64,000 nucleotides of DNA, from NCBI GenBank assembly GCA_002633005.1, contig NMRA01000132.1, positions 496,001 through 560,000 of the forward strand. The letters run 5' to 3'. This DNA comes from Phoronis australis. Its lineage: Eukaryota > Animalia > Phoronida. Below, one piece after another: positions 24,251 to 35,989 of this stretch. The notes beneath the pieces are model-generated. The model saw only the letters and a list, made by a program, of their open reading frames with translations, made no database searches and was not told where the DNA came from. Numbering within the stretch: the stretch's first letter is position 1; each line of letters starts with the position of its first letter. The position numbers and the translations under genes were made by a program.

Positions 24251-24482
24251 AAAAACTCCTCTAAAAAGTATAAAATGAGACAATTACCACTAAAAAAGCA
24301 GGAACTATTAAACTTCGGCGAATGCACAATTCACAGCTCTGAGCGTACCTCGTGAATCTTACTAAAAGGTCCACATTGTTAAAAATTCAAGCCCTCCATT
24401 TTTTTGACCGTCCTTAAATGCAGAGAAATGGAGATGTACTGTATCACATTTTCTCGTCTTAATTGTTTAAACCAACACAGGT

Positions 24483-24627
24483 TAGAGTTCAGTAATGCTA
24501 GGACGTCGCTAAAAAGCAAGACTTCGCAAGATAACGTGAGATATTGCCGTGTATTTTAATGAGAACACGTAATTTTAGTTAGATTTTAGTGAGGTCCTAG
24601 CGCAGGTCCTAACGTTACTGAACTCTA
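24483..24627. mobile_element. Small MITE
   Basis: TAGAGTTCAGTAA ... TTACTGAACTCTA, with near-duplicated flanks cacaggt and cccaggt. Confidence 0.6.
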
Positions 24628-26559
24628 CCCAGGTTGTTTGTGTGTTTGTATGGTGTGTTTTTGTTTGTTTCTGTAACAAGGGGCCCGGGTAACCTAATTA
24701 CGCTGACTAAATCTTTTCCCGTTTATCTGTACCATCCAACATTTCTAGGACCTAGTAGTAGGGTTAGTGGGCCTAGAAGTGGTGGTGGTCGTTGTGGGAC
24801 CTTATCCAAGGCTAACTTGTGGGTTAGAATGTGACTTAGCTTTGTTAACAGCCACGATGAACAAGTGCATCATTATTACACATTATTTATAAAGTTATAG
24901 AAATAATGAGTAAGATATTTTATGGGAACACCAAATAAAAACTATGAAGTATGAAGGCTTTAAACCTGAAATGAACGCATGTCAATCCTTTGGTGGTGTT
25001 CCTCTGAAACAACAAAGAGGACAGCCGCTTTTTTCTTGTAGTATTTGAATCTGAATCTCTTTTTCAGGCGTTGTAAGAATCCTTCGTGTTGATGGGCATC
25101 TGCTGTGCCAAGCTCACTCTCAAATTCATCCAGTTGGTCCTGCTCTCGATCTTGGTCGGAAACTTTTCTTGCAGAAGAGGTTGCACACTAAATTGGGATT
25201 TTTCTATTTTGATACCTAGCTTCAAACAGGACTGACTCGTATTGTTCGCCAGTCCCACCATTGACGTCAGGAAGGTAAACAAATTCCAACGGTATCTTTA
25301 GCATTGTATCATTGTCTGACACACCCAGGTTATTAGAGAATTCCATTCCTGGACCATCACCAAATTCCTTAATGTTTCTTTCTCTTGCACTCTTTGTATT
25401 ATGTACTTTCACTTTCGTTTTTCCATGCTGGGTCTGCTCTATGACCCGCAGAATCTCATTCTGATGTTGTATCGGCAGGGAAGTGGTGGTTTTGGGGTGA
25501 AAAGTGCCGATTTTGCGTTTTTCCCCCTAATTTCTTAGTTTCTGTGCCCCCATAGTAGACGATTTACTTGCCGGAAGTAAAGCGTGCTATGTCTGCCAGG
25601 TGTCGCTAGTGAATAGAGACGTCACAGCTTATGTGTAAGTTCTTATATTTGGTCCATTGAAAATATACAGAGTTGGAGGTCCATGTACTATAATCTATGG
25701 CTGCACCAATTGCAAGAAACTGAAACAAGATCTGAAATCCTTGAAATCACAAATGCGGTGCTCTCGGTGAAGTCCCCAAGTTCATGCACCGAGATATTCA
25801 TATACACGTCTTTACCTTCACTCCTGATTTGCAGCCTTACAGCTACAGCAAAGACTTTCTTGGAAAATTTCCAAAGCCGACAACTGGTATACAATCTGGC
25901 ATGTTTAAGGCGTCGTTTTCTTCTTTCTCAGTTTGGCAAACATTTGTTTGCGGAAATTTTTCCCTCCAAAGTTACAATACTCTAGATGTCTGCGTAGTTT
26001 CATTTTGGCTGGCCTACAGGTTCCCAATATACTGCTGCGTGTTCGCCACTAATGTAACTAGGCTGCTGTTTCTCACCCCCCGGATTTCATAAAACAGTTT
26101 GCTGTTTGCTAAGCACAAGTACATTTTTAAGTGATGGCAGCCTTGATTTGCATAACTTATACAAATTCATCGGTTTTGTCCACCTGTAAACTAGTTCCGT
26201 TGAATTCGCTGACCTTGGAAACATTGGCGCCAACAAAATAAATTGCCTCTCGTGCTTGAAAAGTAAATTATAAGCAAAAATAGAATTTTGCGCAATGGTG
26301 TCCTTAAATTGCATATTCAAAAAATGCTCAGGTTGTTAAGATTACAACTAAATTGCTTCAAATGGGTTACCTCAACATGAAACAATCAAAAAATTATACT
26401 AACAAAAATTTCTAGGTTTCCTTAGAAAACCCTATTGGTGGTAATTCGACTGTAATGTGACTCGCCTGATACTACCTGCCACTGAAAAGCGCGCGCGCAA
26501 CCTATTTGGCTTTAGCGCGTTAAGGTGCGCGCGTGGGAATTTCCGATAGCGTGAGCTGG

Positions 26560-26966
26560 TTAAAGGCGAAGGCAACCTTTTTTCATGTCATTTTTAGAAA
26601 AAATTGGGTTCGTTGATTATCCCAGACATATTTTTCACTTATTTACAGCTTTTCGTAATTTAATTATTTACTCGCCGTCTACTCCGGAAGTGTGGCATGT
26701 TGACTGACTCGTAAACAAAAGCAAACGACGACCGAACTTATCACAACCGAGGTAGAACAATGACTGACTCGACTGCTCTCACAGTCAGACTGTATGAAAA
26801 GAAATTGTCGCGAAATTCTTGCCTCCAAAACGTCACTTCCGGAATAGAGGACGAGAAATTAATTAAATTACGAAAAGCTGTAATTAAGTGAAAAATATGT
26901 CTGGGATAATCAACAGACCTTGTTTTTGCTAAAAGTGACATGAAAAAAGGTTGCCTTCGCCTTTAA
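26560..26966. mobile_element. Kolobok-like MITE (26564-26962) with TTAA target-site duplication
   Basis: TTAA|AGGCGAAGGCAACC ... GGTTGCCTTCGCCT|TTAA with TIRs of about 130 bp. Purine (AG) termini favour Kolobok over piggyBac. Confidence 0.85.
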
Positions 26967-27747
26967 CCTTTTCAAACCAAAATTACGCCATTAGCGTACG
27001 TTATTGAGCAAAGAAACTGATCACATGTTGACAAACCACCACTCTGTATAATGAAATGGATTTTTTTTTCAGTTAAGCAGTAATTCTTCACTTGATTTTG
27101 GGAATAGCTAAACACCGTTGATCTGTCACTTGATCCTCCCTTCCTGAGAATCATCTCAGCCCTACTGACATGGACGTTGTCGTCTACCTCAAATTATCAA
27201 AATTCCAGGTTACAGGCAACTACTGCATATAGCATGTTTACACAATATACTGTGATTTCCTGCAACCAATCTCAGCTTACCAGCCTGCGATATCGCCGTC
27301 ACTAGCATCACATGACACAACCAAACGTCTGAGTGTCCATTCATACAAATGGTTGTGGATATTAAGAAACTGAACACTTCTTTCCCAGTCGCTAAAACTG
27401 AATACGTATTGGATGTTTCTCATCAACTGTCAATTTTCTGTGGTTTGCAGGCGCGAAATCTGTCGTCTATGACGTTTTGCAAGTTATTTCTGCCAATAAG
27501 AACACAAAGCTATTTGGCTGAACTGATTTCTTAAACAAGTTACTTGAAATAACTTGTCAGTCAATTCGAAGCCGGCCGCCGCGGCTTACCACCGAATTGA
27601 GCGTGGACTGAATCAATCCATTACAATATAAACCCACAATATTCACGCACTGATGGCGTAAGTCCATGCCCAATAAGTGTCCAACCGTTATTTCCTACAT
27701 TTATTGGCTATTTTGAGTGGACTATGGATTTTACTGTCGAGTAAAAA

Positions 27748-29210
27748 CAGGAGTGTAACGGTAAACGTTCTGTTGATTCAATTCGATTTTCGATTCGAAC
27801 TTTTCGATTCGATACTAAGGTTCGAGTTCCAAAACCGTTAAGTGATGAATAAGCGCATTTCACAATGGCAGTGGGATACTCATGAGTACTTAAGCGAGTT
27901 CATCCCAAATATTTTTTTGTTTGGACTGCGCTTAACTCTTGGGCACAGACTAAACTTTTACCACGTAAAGATAATTTTTCCGCCTCAATTTACTTAAACC
28001 TTTATAAAACGGATTTTAACGCAAGTTACTTCAGTTGAAACGTAAGCTCAGATAATATTCAGTCAACACAATTCCAAATATTCTCAAACTTAACTGGATT
28101 TAATATGAATTTTTAGTTTAAGGTAGGTGTATACACTGATCAAATCTCCAGGTTCCTAACTAAAATGAGTAAAAAGGGAGTTTTAACTAGTTAGACATGA
28201 TTCTGAAAGTGACAAATATCGAAAAAAAAATGTTTTTTTGTAGTTCGTTTTTTTTTAAAATCGTATTTTTTAATTTTCAACAAATCCAATTTTACCTCGA
28301 ATTTTTTTTTCAAAATGCACAGGGATCATCATCAACTATTTCCTTACGCAATATTCTACTTATCCATACCAAATATATGTACAAAATCATTATGATCTTG
28401 ATTTTGTGGCATTTTTTGTGTGTGAGTTGGGGCAAGCACGCCACTTTTTGTCATTTGGTCACTTTCCGTCTAATAACTAAAAATCTGGTCCATTTATCAA
28501 AAAACCCTGGCACGCGATTTTACTTCAGTCCAAGAGGATTTCAAATTTGCAACTTTCGTTAAAATTGACCCACGTGTTGTGGAAAAATAGGCCCGAGAAT
28601 CGTGTCACTATCCTGAAATCACGAGCCGAGAAAAACGGCTTTGAAGTTAAGCGGTCATCGATTGCCANGTAGTGAGTGACAGCTGACTCGAGCATTATGG
28701 GTACTCTCTCAACTGCCGTCGTATGAGGTCTCCGAGGAAACCCCGCCCACTTTTTAAAGAACTTTTTTAAAAAGTGAAAGTAAAATAAGGCAAATGCAAA
28801 CAGGGTTGAAAATTACAAAATTTTTAAATTTTAGTCACATCTTTCGAGTGATGAAACTCACCCTGTGTTTTAAATTAGTAAATGTAGAGGAAAGACTACC
28901 TTTAACTCATGACTTACACTCGATATTACTTTTTTAATTAGTAAGCCATCAAACAAGATCTATGAACAAGCGTTGTTGCGCACACTGTCTCTTGCTGCTC
29001 TTACACAGATACGGTTGCCCTTCGGAAATGGAAAGTTTGCTCTTGAAACTAAATGCGTTATCATATTTGTTGTCTGACCTTGGGCAGTGTGATGCTGTGT
29101 TTCTATGGAGCATAGTTTGCAGATGGTCTTGCATTTGTCCATCACTCCCGGCCTCTACACTTTATACTAGAAGGTGTACATTTCCAAACCATCGATTTCT
29201 TATTCAGAAA
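27748..29210 (-). mobile_element. hAT transposon remnant: terminal repeat plus decayed BED zinc finger
   Basis: CAGGAGTGTAACG end with TTCGAT subterminal repeats at 27748-27830. On minus, KKSMVWK ... DKCKTICKLCSIE..GQTTNMITHL (zf-BED-like) at about 29050-29205. An N at 28668 lies between them, so linkage is uncertain. Confidence 0.55.
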
Positions 29211-30127
29211 TGCAATCAGGTGTTATCATATAAAATTTTATTATTCAGGGACATTTATGTGAAGCGTTTGCAGGTTCCGAGCAAACAGGTGTCAAATTCA
29301 TCCTTTCGTCCTTAGGGGCGAATCCAGGAATTGGTAACTGAAGGGTACATGTAACATCAGGCCCGTAGGAGGATAAAAACTATCGGGGGGCACAAACCAA
29401 CTCGACTCCGCCGAACTACCCCCCACCCGCCTTCCTATCCACCTCCGCCACCTCCACCTCCCCCAGCCTCCGTATGACTTAAAATTTGTACTGACCGCCC
29501 ACGTCCACCGTAGGAGGTGGGGGAGCAACCCCCGGGATGTAATCATCACGGATTTGAGTACTCGTGAACCAACAAATTTTCACAGAGAGTAAGAATGGGC
29601 CTAGTCCAGTGCACTGACGGATAGCTACAAGAGAGCTGCCTTGGCTTGTAAACTGTAGCAACTGTTACATTTTACGTCAATGTTACGTTTTACATTGACC
29701 GGCACTTTTCGTATACCTCTTCTATAGGAATGTCCTCCGGGCTGACGCGGCATGAATTTGGCTAACCATTATCATTATTACTATTATTATTGAATTGATT
29801 TAACGAGGACGCAGTGCAATATACACAATACATGTATACATGCTTAGCAAAGTGCTTATACATCATGGTACTTACTCAAAGATTTTAAAATCATCTCATT
29901 TCTGGTTTCCCATAATGGACAGCGAGTGTTGTTTCAAAGCGATTTCAAAGGGGTTCCTATGTTCAACCGCAACTATACTTTGAGAAACGTCTTGACAAGT
30001 GTGGATGCAGAGTAGGACTACTTTTGGAAACGATGAGGTTGAGGTATAAAATTTTGTTTAGACCACTGCGCAAACTTCAAATTTTTGAACTACGGGTAAG
30101 CACGATATTGTTTGTGACATAACTATA

Positions 30128-30160
30128 AGCAATGAGCTATACCTGGTATAGCTCATTGCT
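30128..30160. repeat. Perfect 33-bp palindrome
   Basis: AGCAATGAGCTATACC-T-GGTATAGCTCATTGCT. Confidence 0.9.
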
Positions 30161-31013
30161 ATAAGCTTCCTATAGTTGGCACAAGAACTGAATTCAGATT
30201 GTAATCGTTTACTTACGACTTACATCTAAACGTGGGGATTACCCACCGTGTTATTTTTGTCTCTTGTTGAAAACATTCCTTTTCAAAGAATCGGAATCAA
30301 GCACTCTTGCTGTTGAGTCAAATGGCGTAATCGAACAGTACAAGTACCAACACAATTCATACTCAAGTGCGTACTAAAAAGTATATTTAGTTACAAAGAT
30401 GTGTAACATCTACATGGCATAATTTCAATTTCTCAATGCAGCTTGGTCGAATACAGTGTAATTTATGTCGCATCGCATAGTCGGTCTACTAAACCAGAGT
30501 AGAGTTGCACAAGGGAAAATCTTCGTAGCGTTACGTGGCATTACTACCTTGAATATGAGCGAGTCTGGATCAAGGTACAGATGGTCAAACAACCACACTT
30601 GTGTTTTAACCAATCTACAGAAATCAAGACGTCCTTAGTCCTGCGCTAACAATAAAATCGCGTCAGGTTCTTCGAGCCAACTACTAGCTTGAATCCCCAA
30701 AAAGCGTAAAAATGACAAGAAAATGCAGATTAGTCAGCGGAACTTTAATTGGGTAGAAAACATCGAGCCAGTACATCAATTTGCAGAACTTCGAACACTG
30801 TGTGACGCTCAACTTAAATAAAACCGACCCTGAATGTAAAAGGTCACCTTTACACTGATGCCTTTAAAAGGAATGAGCCATCCTGTGGAAATCGTCCATA
30901 AACAAGCATTGAGAATTCTTTTATCATTTTATCTACAGGCCCGTAGAAAGGCCAAAATTATTGAGGGGGGTACAAACCATTTCGACGTCGCCAAATAACC
31001 CCCCCCCCCCCCC

Positions 31014-31038
31014 NNNNNNNNNNNNNNNNNNNNNNNNN
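31014..31038. other. Assembly gap (N run) next to a poly-C tract; single Ns also at 5642, 7217, 28668, 31752 and 47710
   Basis: N characters in the sequence. Confidence 0.95.
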
Positions 31039-31949
31039 TTCCCCCCCCCCCTCACTCGCCCCCGTCCTCCTGATGCCACCATAATGGCACCGAATCTCCC
31101 ACGTGGGGAGGCACAGTGTCGGATTTAGGGGGCCAAGAGGCCATGACCCCCCTAAAATTCTCCCAGATTCCTTTTGGCAGCTCGGAGGTACCAATTTCTG
31201 ACTAGTAAAACCCTGGCTAATACTGTGCCCTGCCCCCCACTCAAAATCCTGGATCCGCCTCTGGGACAATCCCGGGGATCCAGCCATTAAGAGTTGAGTA
31301 ACCGTGAACCAACACCGAGAGTACGAATGGGACTATGACCAGTACACTGACCTGTAGCGAGGAGCTGCTTCAAGTAGCTATAGTTGAGATCTAACAGTGT
31401 GAAAATGCGAAATTCCCGATTAACTAAAGCTAGTTGCTGGTCAGCTCAACTATGATTCACTTGAGACAGGCAGCTTAGCTCGTATGGACCGTCTGCACTC
31501 GTTCTAAGGTCAAGATTAGTTTTGCTGTGATCCAGTTTCGGGAAAACTTTATTTTATTATGTTCATTCTTTGAAAGAGTTTTTTTTTTGAAAAGGTGAGA
31601 CCCCGAAGTCAATGGCATAGTGTCTTTGGGGATGTTTCAGAATCCCTAGTTGAAACACGACCGGTAGTTCAGTTTCTGGTGGCTGGGGAAAAGGATAATG
31701 TGTCCCGAAAAAATCACTCAGAGTCTGCGCCGCCTACTGCATGGTTACATCNGCCCTGATCTAAGCTTCGAACGCATCTGTATTACATGTTCTCAGTTGC
31801 GACCTTTTTTAATTTTGTGAGCTAAACCAACCTAACTGCAAGCTGTTAGAACTGCAGTTTGTGTTCTGAATCGTGAGCCGCGGGTAGCAATTTACTGAAA
31901 AGTGAAAAGATGTCCAGTTTATAAATCTTATTCAAGAGATCATCCAAAG

Positions 31950-32260
31950 CAACAAATTCTGTAACTAGATCAGTTGCTTAATGATTTCGCTATAAGTTTT
32001 GATTAGAAAAAAATACTTTCATCAAGGTGCCGCATCACATGATCATTGGGTTTGTAGATCACAACAAGAAATATTTTTGCGTTGCCTGTGATACGCAAAC
32101 CAACGAATTCTGTAACTAGATCAGCAAGTTAATAAGTTCGCTGTCCGTTTTGATTAGGAAGACTAGTATCATCAGGGTGCGGCATCACGTGATAATTGAG
32201 CGCCCAAAAAGTTTGCAAGAACGCTTCTTAACCTGATCCTGGAAACTCCCTTCGTATGGA
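31950..32260 (-). mobile_element. Penelope-like 3' tail: direct repeat of about 150-bp period with degenerate hammerhead cores
   Basis: 31951-32050 resembles 32102-32200. The minus strand reads TCACGTGA..CTGATGA-tACTAG-tcttc-CTAAT-CAAAAC at 32175-32147. Confidence 0.5.
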
Positions 32261-35010
32261 ATTGAAACTGTACGCGGTACATTGTCACTATACCAAGAAA
32301 CTATTCGTGTTAAAAACTATGTAAAGCACATAATGGACACATTTATAAGTTCAAGCTAGCACGTTAGACATAATTTCATTCAAACAATCCGGGAAAGAAG
32401 TGAGTGAACCGTTTTCTTCCCTGTGAAAAATACCGTGAACACTCATGAAAAATGACTTCACTTTCGTAAAATGTAACAATGCTACAACTCTCGCACGTGC
32501 ATTCTTGGTAAATTGTAACAATTAAGTCAAATGTAACAAATTGTTACATTTTAGGAGAGGCCTAGCAACGTGAGCTGTAACAGTGATGTAAAATTTAACA
32601 GTTGTGACATTTTACGAAATTGTTACATTTTACGCGTATCACTGCCTCAAGTCATCAAGTCACTATAGCCGAGATCTGCCAGTGTGGAAATACGAACTGA
32701 ATGACGAATGAACTAGCTAGGCTAGGCGCTGGTCACCTCAGCTATGATTCAGTGAGACAAAGATACTTGAGGCAAACAGCTCAGCTTCGTAGCAATCCAT
32801 CTGCGCTGGATCTACGGTCAAGGTTCAGTTTATTGTGATCCACTTTGGGAAAAGTTCATTTTATCAGGGTCACTCTTTGAAGGTATTTTTGAAAAGGCGA
32901 CGTCCGGAGGTTCATGGTGAAGTTCTTTTGGGGTTGTTTCAATATCCCTTGTTGAAGAACGGGTAGTACAGTTTCTGGTGGCTGGGGAAAATGATACACT
33001 TCCACTGACGCCAAGAATCCTCCCTTCAAGAGCTGAGACAATAAATATGCTTTCAAAAAAAAAAACAACAACACATGCTCAGCAACTAATGCAATCTATC
33101 AGGTCATCAATTTTCCTCAAGTAATATACAGGGATAAAAACGAAAAAATAGAGAGACATTTGTCTCCATTATCCATTGCTAGAGCGGGGCCTCTGGAAAA
33201 ATATTGTTTTCCGTTCGCAAAATTGTCTAACAGAAATTTAAAAACCTAGTGAATTCAATACGCTCCTCAAAAGCTGTGCTTTACGAATGCTCTCAATTTT
33301 TTTCTAAATACATGTATGAATGATTAGGAGCACGTTTTCAAGTGTGTTTAGGTAACCTATGCCGCAAGAAGCGAGCCCCCTAACGACAATGTCGTTGCCA
33401 CGGCCTTCAAAGGATAAATCATGCACTGATAGCTGTCAAATGTTCTCCCGAATTTTTTCTCTTCTCTTTGTTTCGAGGTTGTTCTTTTCTCGACTGCCCC
33501 TGGCTCCACGCTTATCTCTTGACGTCTTGGGGGGCACGTGCATATACCACGGGAGGTTTAGTCTCTTCTGTCACCATTGATGAAAAGCAATTAGGTTTTG
33601 ATATTTTTGTATCACAAAATTTTGTATTTTACAAAGTGAAAAATCGACGTACTTAAAGTTGCACATTTCCATGAAGTTTGACTTTTAAATTTGTCTAATT
33701 CTGCAAATTGGACATGGAATAGAACAGATTTAAATACAAAGAAATTAGGTGTCCATAAAGGGCTGATACTGTACGTAATGTTGACAGAGGTTCCAGCTTG
33801 CGCCATAAATGCAAACTTGGATTAAAAAGTTATGCACTCAAGCATAGAATACCAGAGAACAGTTCGCACAAAAGTAGAGTAGAAAATTCCAAACATAAGT
33901 TCGTGTAAAACGATTAGACCCCGAGACATGCTCGTTGTTTTGAACTGTCAAATGTTAATTTAAAGATCCATGGAACGCGAAAGCTCGTCAAAATCCCCTT
34001 TAACGATTCCTGACGAAATTACCTTCTCGCAACGTCAACTACAGAGTCATTCACTTTCTCCAGTGAGAGGATTTCCAGAAAAAGTAAAACATTAACGATT
34101 CCGCAATTTCAGGGGGGAGAGCCTAATAAACTCTGGAGAATTCTCTTGATTCGCTGATGGTTTTGAGATTGGTAACAGAAATAGAACGGCAAGGAATATT
34201 ATGAGACCGAACTTTTAGAGGAGTAAAAGTCCTACCTCGACTGATTTTCATTTTTAGCCGGTTAAACAGGTCGAAAAGCAGTTTTAACTAGTGACACTAT
34301 CTGCGACAGTGTTGTCTATGTGATATCACTGAACCTCAAGCGTAAGCATAGATATAGATATGTTTCTGTGTCTTTGTTTTTAGCTGTGATAACGTCACTG
34401 GCCTACATTTCAGTTAATTCTACCGAATGACTGGAAGTCATCGTCGGAAGTCGGGCATTTCCAGTAACATCACAAAAACACAAATAATTTTTATGTTTTA
34501 TAACTCTGGTTAAAGTTCACAATTGCAAGATGTTATATCCCAACGGGCAACAGTAACCCCAATGGTGAATAATGGCCCTAAAATCGATTGTGTTCTATTG
34601 TGTCCCACGCAGAGTTTATAGGACAACTTTATTCTGTGATGTATGATTACTAGGAATGCTAACTCGCCATTTTAAGAAAAAACAAAAAATCAAAGGTTCA
34701 TCCACTCCAAGAACAAAAACAATACTGCTCCACAGACGGCTTTGTATGTGGTTTGAAAGCTGCTGAATCCTTTTCATGTTATTTTCTTTTGCTTTTGATT
34801 TGTTTGGAATTTAAACAAAACTTTATGAATTTTCACAAAGTTTTGCCTTCCCCATTGTTGTTCGAGTGTGCAAGAACCGCGCCGCTTTAAAATTATAGGA
34901 CCCATATCAAGGATGATGATTCCGTTTATTTTGAATTTTGAAACTGCATTTCAGCTGTGGAAAAAAAATCAAAATGGACTAGATCTTATGCCCTCGTAAA
35001 ACAGATCTCG

Positions 35011-35193
35011 AAATATTCCTTACCGTGATAAGGATTGTGCTTCTGTTACCAACAAGAACAATTAAAATACTTCAGACTTCAGACTTCATTGAGACTGGCC
35101 AACTCTGAAATAATCGAAAACGGCGCACGAGTCAATTGCCTGTGACTTGAGTTGGTAATGGAAGTAGAAAACTATCGCGGTAAGGAATACTTT
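35011..35193. repeat. Fold-back element upstream of the smoothelin-like first exon
   Basis: TATTCCTTACCGtGATA..TTACCAAC pairs with GTTGGTAA..TATCgCGGTAAGGAATA; a related arm lies near 19390-19412. Confidence 0.65.
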
Positions 35194-35986
35194 GAAACCG
35201 ATTTATGAGACTAACAGGCCAAACTCGATTTTCGTTTTTAGGGAGTGGAGTGGGCTTCTTGCCAAGACCTACCACTGTATCTAGTGTGACATTCGTTGCT
35301 GTGCACTGCGTGTAGTTATGCGAAACTAGATTTAGATGAATTTTTTATATCACACGATGATCCATGTCTGAGATTGTATTCATTATGTTGATTGCAGTCG
35401 ACACTGTTGTATGTCGAAAATATTATTATGTCAACCAGGGGTATAGAACGTAATGTAAAGAAGATTGAAAAAAAGTGTTCAATAATATTCTTTTTTATCA
35501 GGCCCCGATCTGAGATTCAACCAAACGCGCACTCCGTGTCCGTCACTGGATCAAACCAACACGACCGTTCAATTTACTCAATAGGTAGCAGCGCTGCCGG
35601 CGATGGCCTGAACCAGGGCAAAGACAGGCGTACTTTCCTGTGTAACTTTTTGCGTTGGCCAATCTAGAGTTCGACACAAGAATATCACCAATCGTCTTTG
35701 ATTTCACTAAAGAAGCCTGTGTGTTCACTTGCTTCGCTCTTATTATATGTAGAATTCTCTCGAAGTCTGGCAAGTTCTTGTGTTTTTGCGAATTTCTTGT
35801 CTCTACGGAACGCACGACCACGCTGAACTCCCCCAATGAAAATAATGGACTAGACCAGCATGACCTTTTACCTTTTGATCGTGTTTTGATCATTTGTCTA
35901 ACAGGTGGTATTTCGGTGCACTCTACAACTTTCAATGGCGGGCCATTTAGCTGTGAGAAAGGAGTAGCCCCTGCGAATCGGCAAAA

Positions 35987-35989
35987 ATG
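35987..35989 (+). CDS. SMTN: Smoothelin-like gene: putative first coding exon contributing only the initiator Met
   Basis: AAAAATG|GTGAGT with an in-frame upstream TGA at 35954. Phase 0 joins exon 44056 to give MSYQRSSY. It sits at the end of the CpG-rich region. Confidence 0.6.

Larger units (their letters stand above)
29642..32641. mobile_element. Unclassified TG..CA insertion with a 6-bp CTGCCT TSD and nested repeats
   Basis: CTGCCT at 29636-41 and 32642-47; imperfect TIRs and TGTTACATTTTACG subterminal repeats at both ends. It splits a repeat that is uninterrupted at 31290-31700. Contains assembly Ns. Confidence 0.6.
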
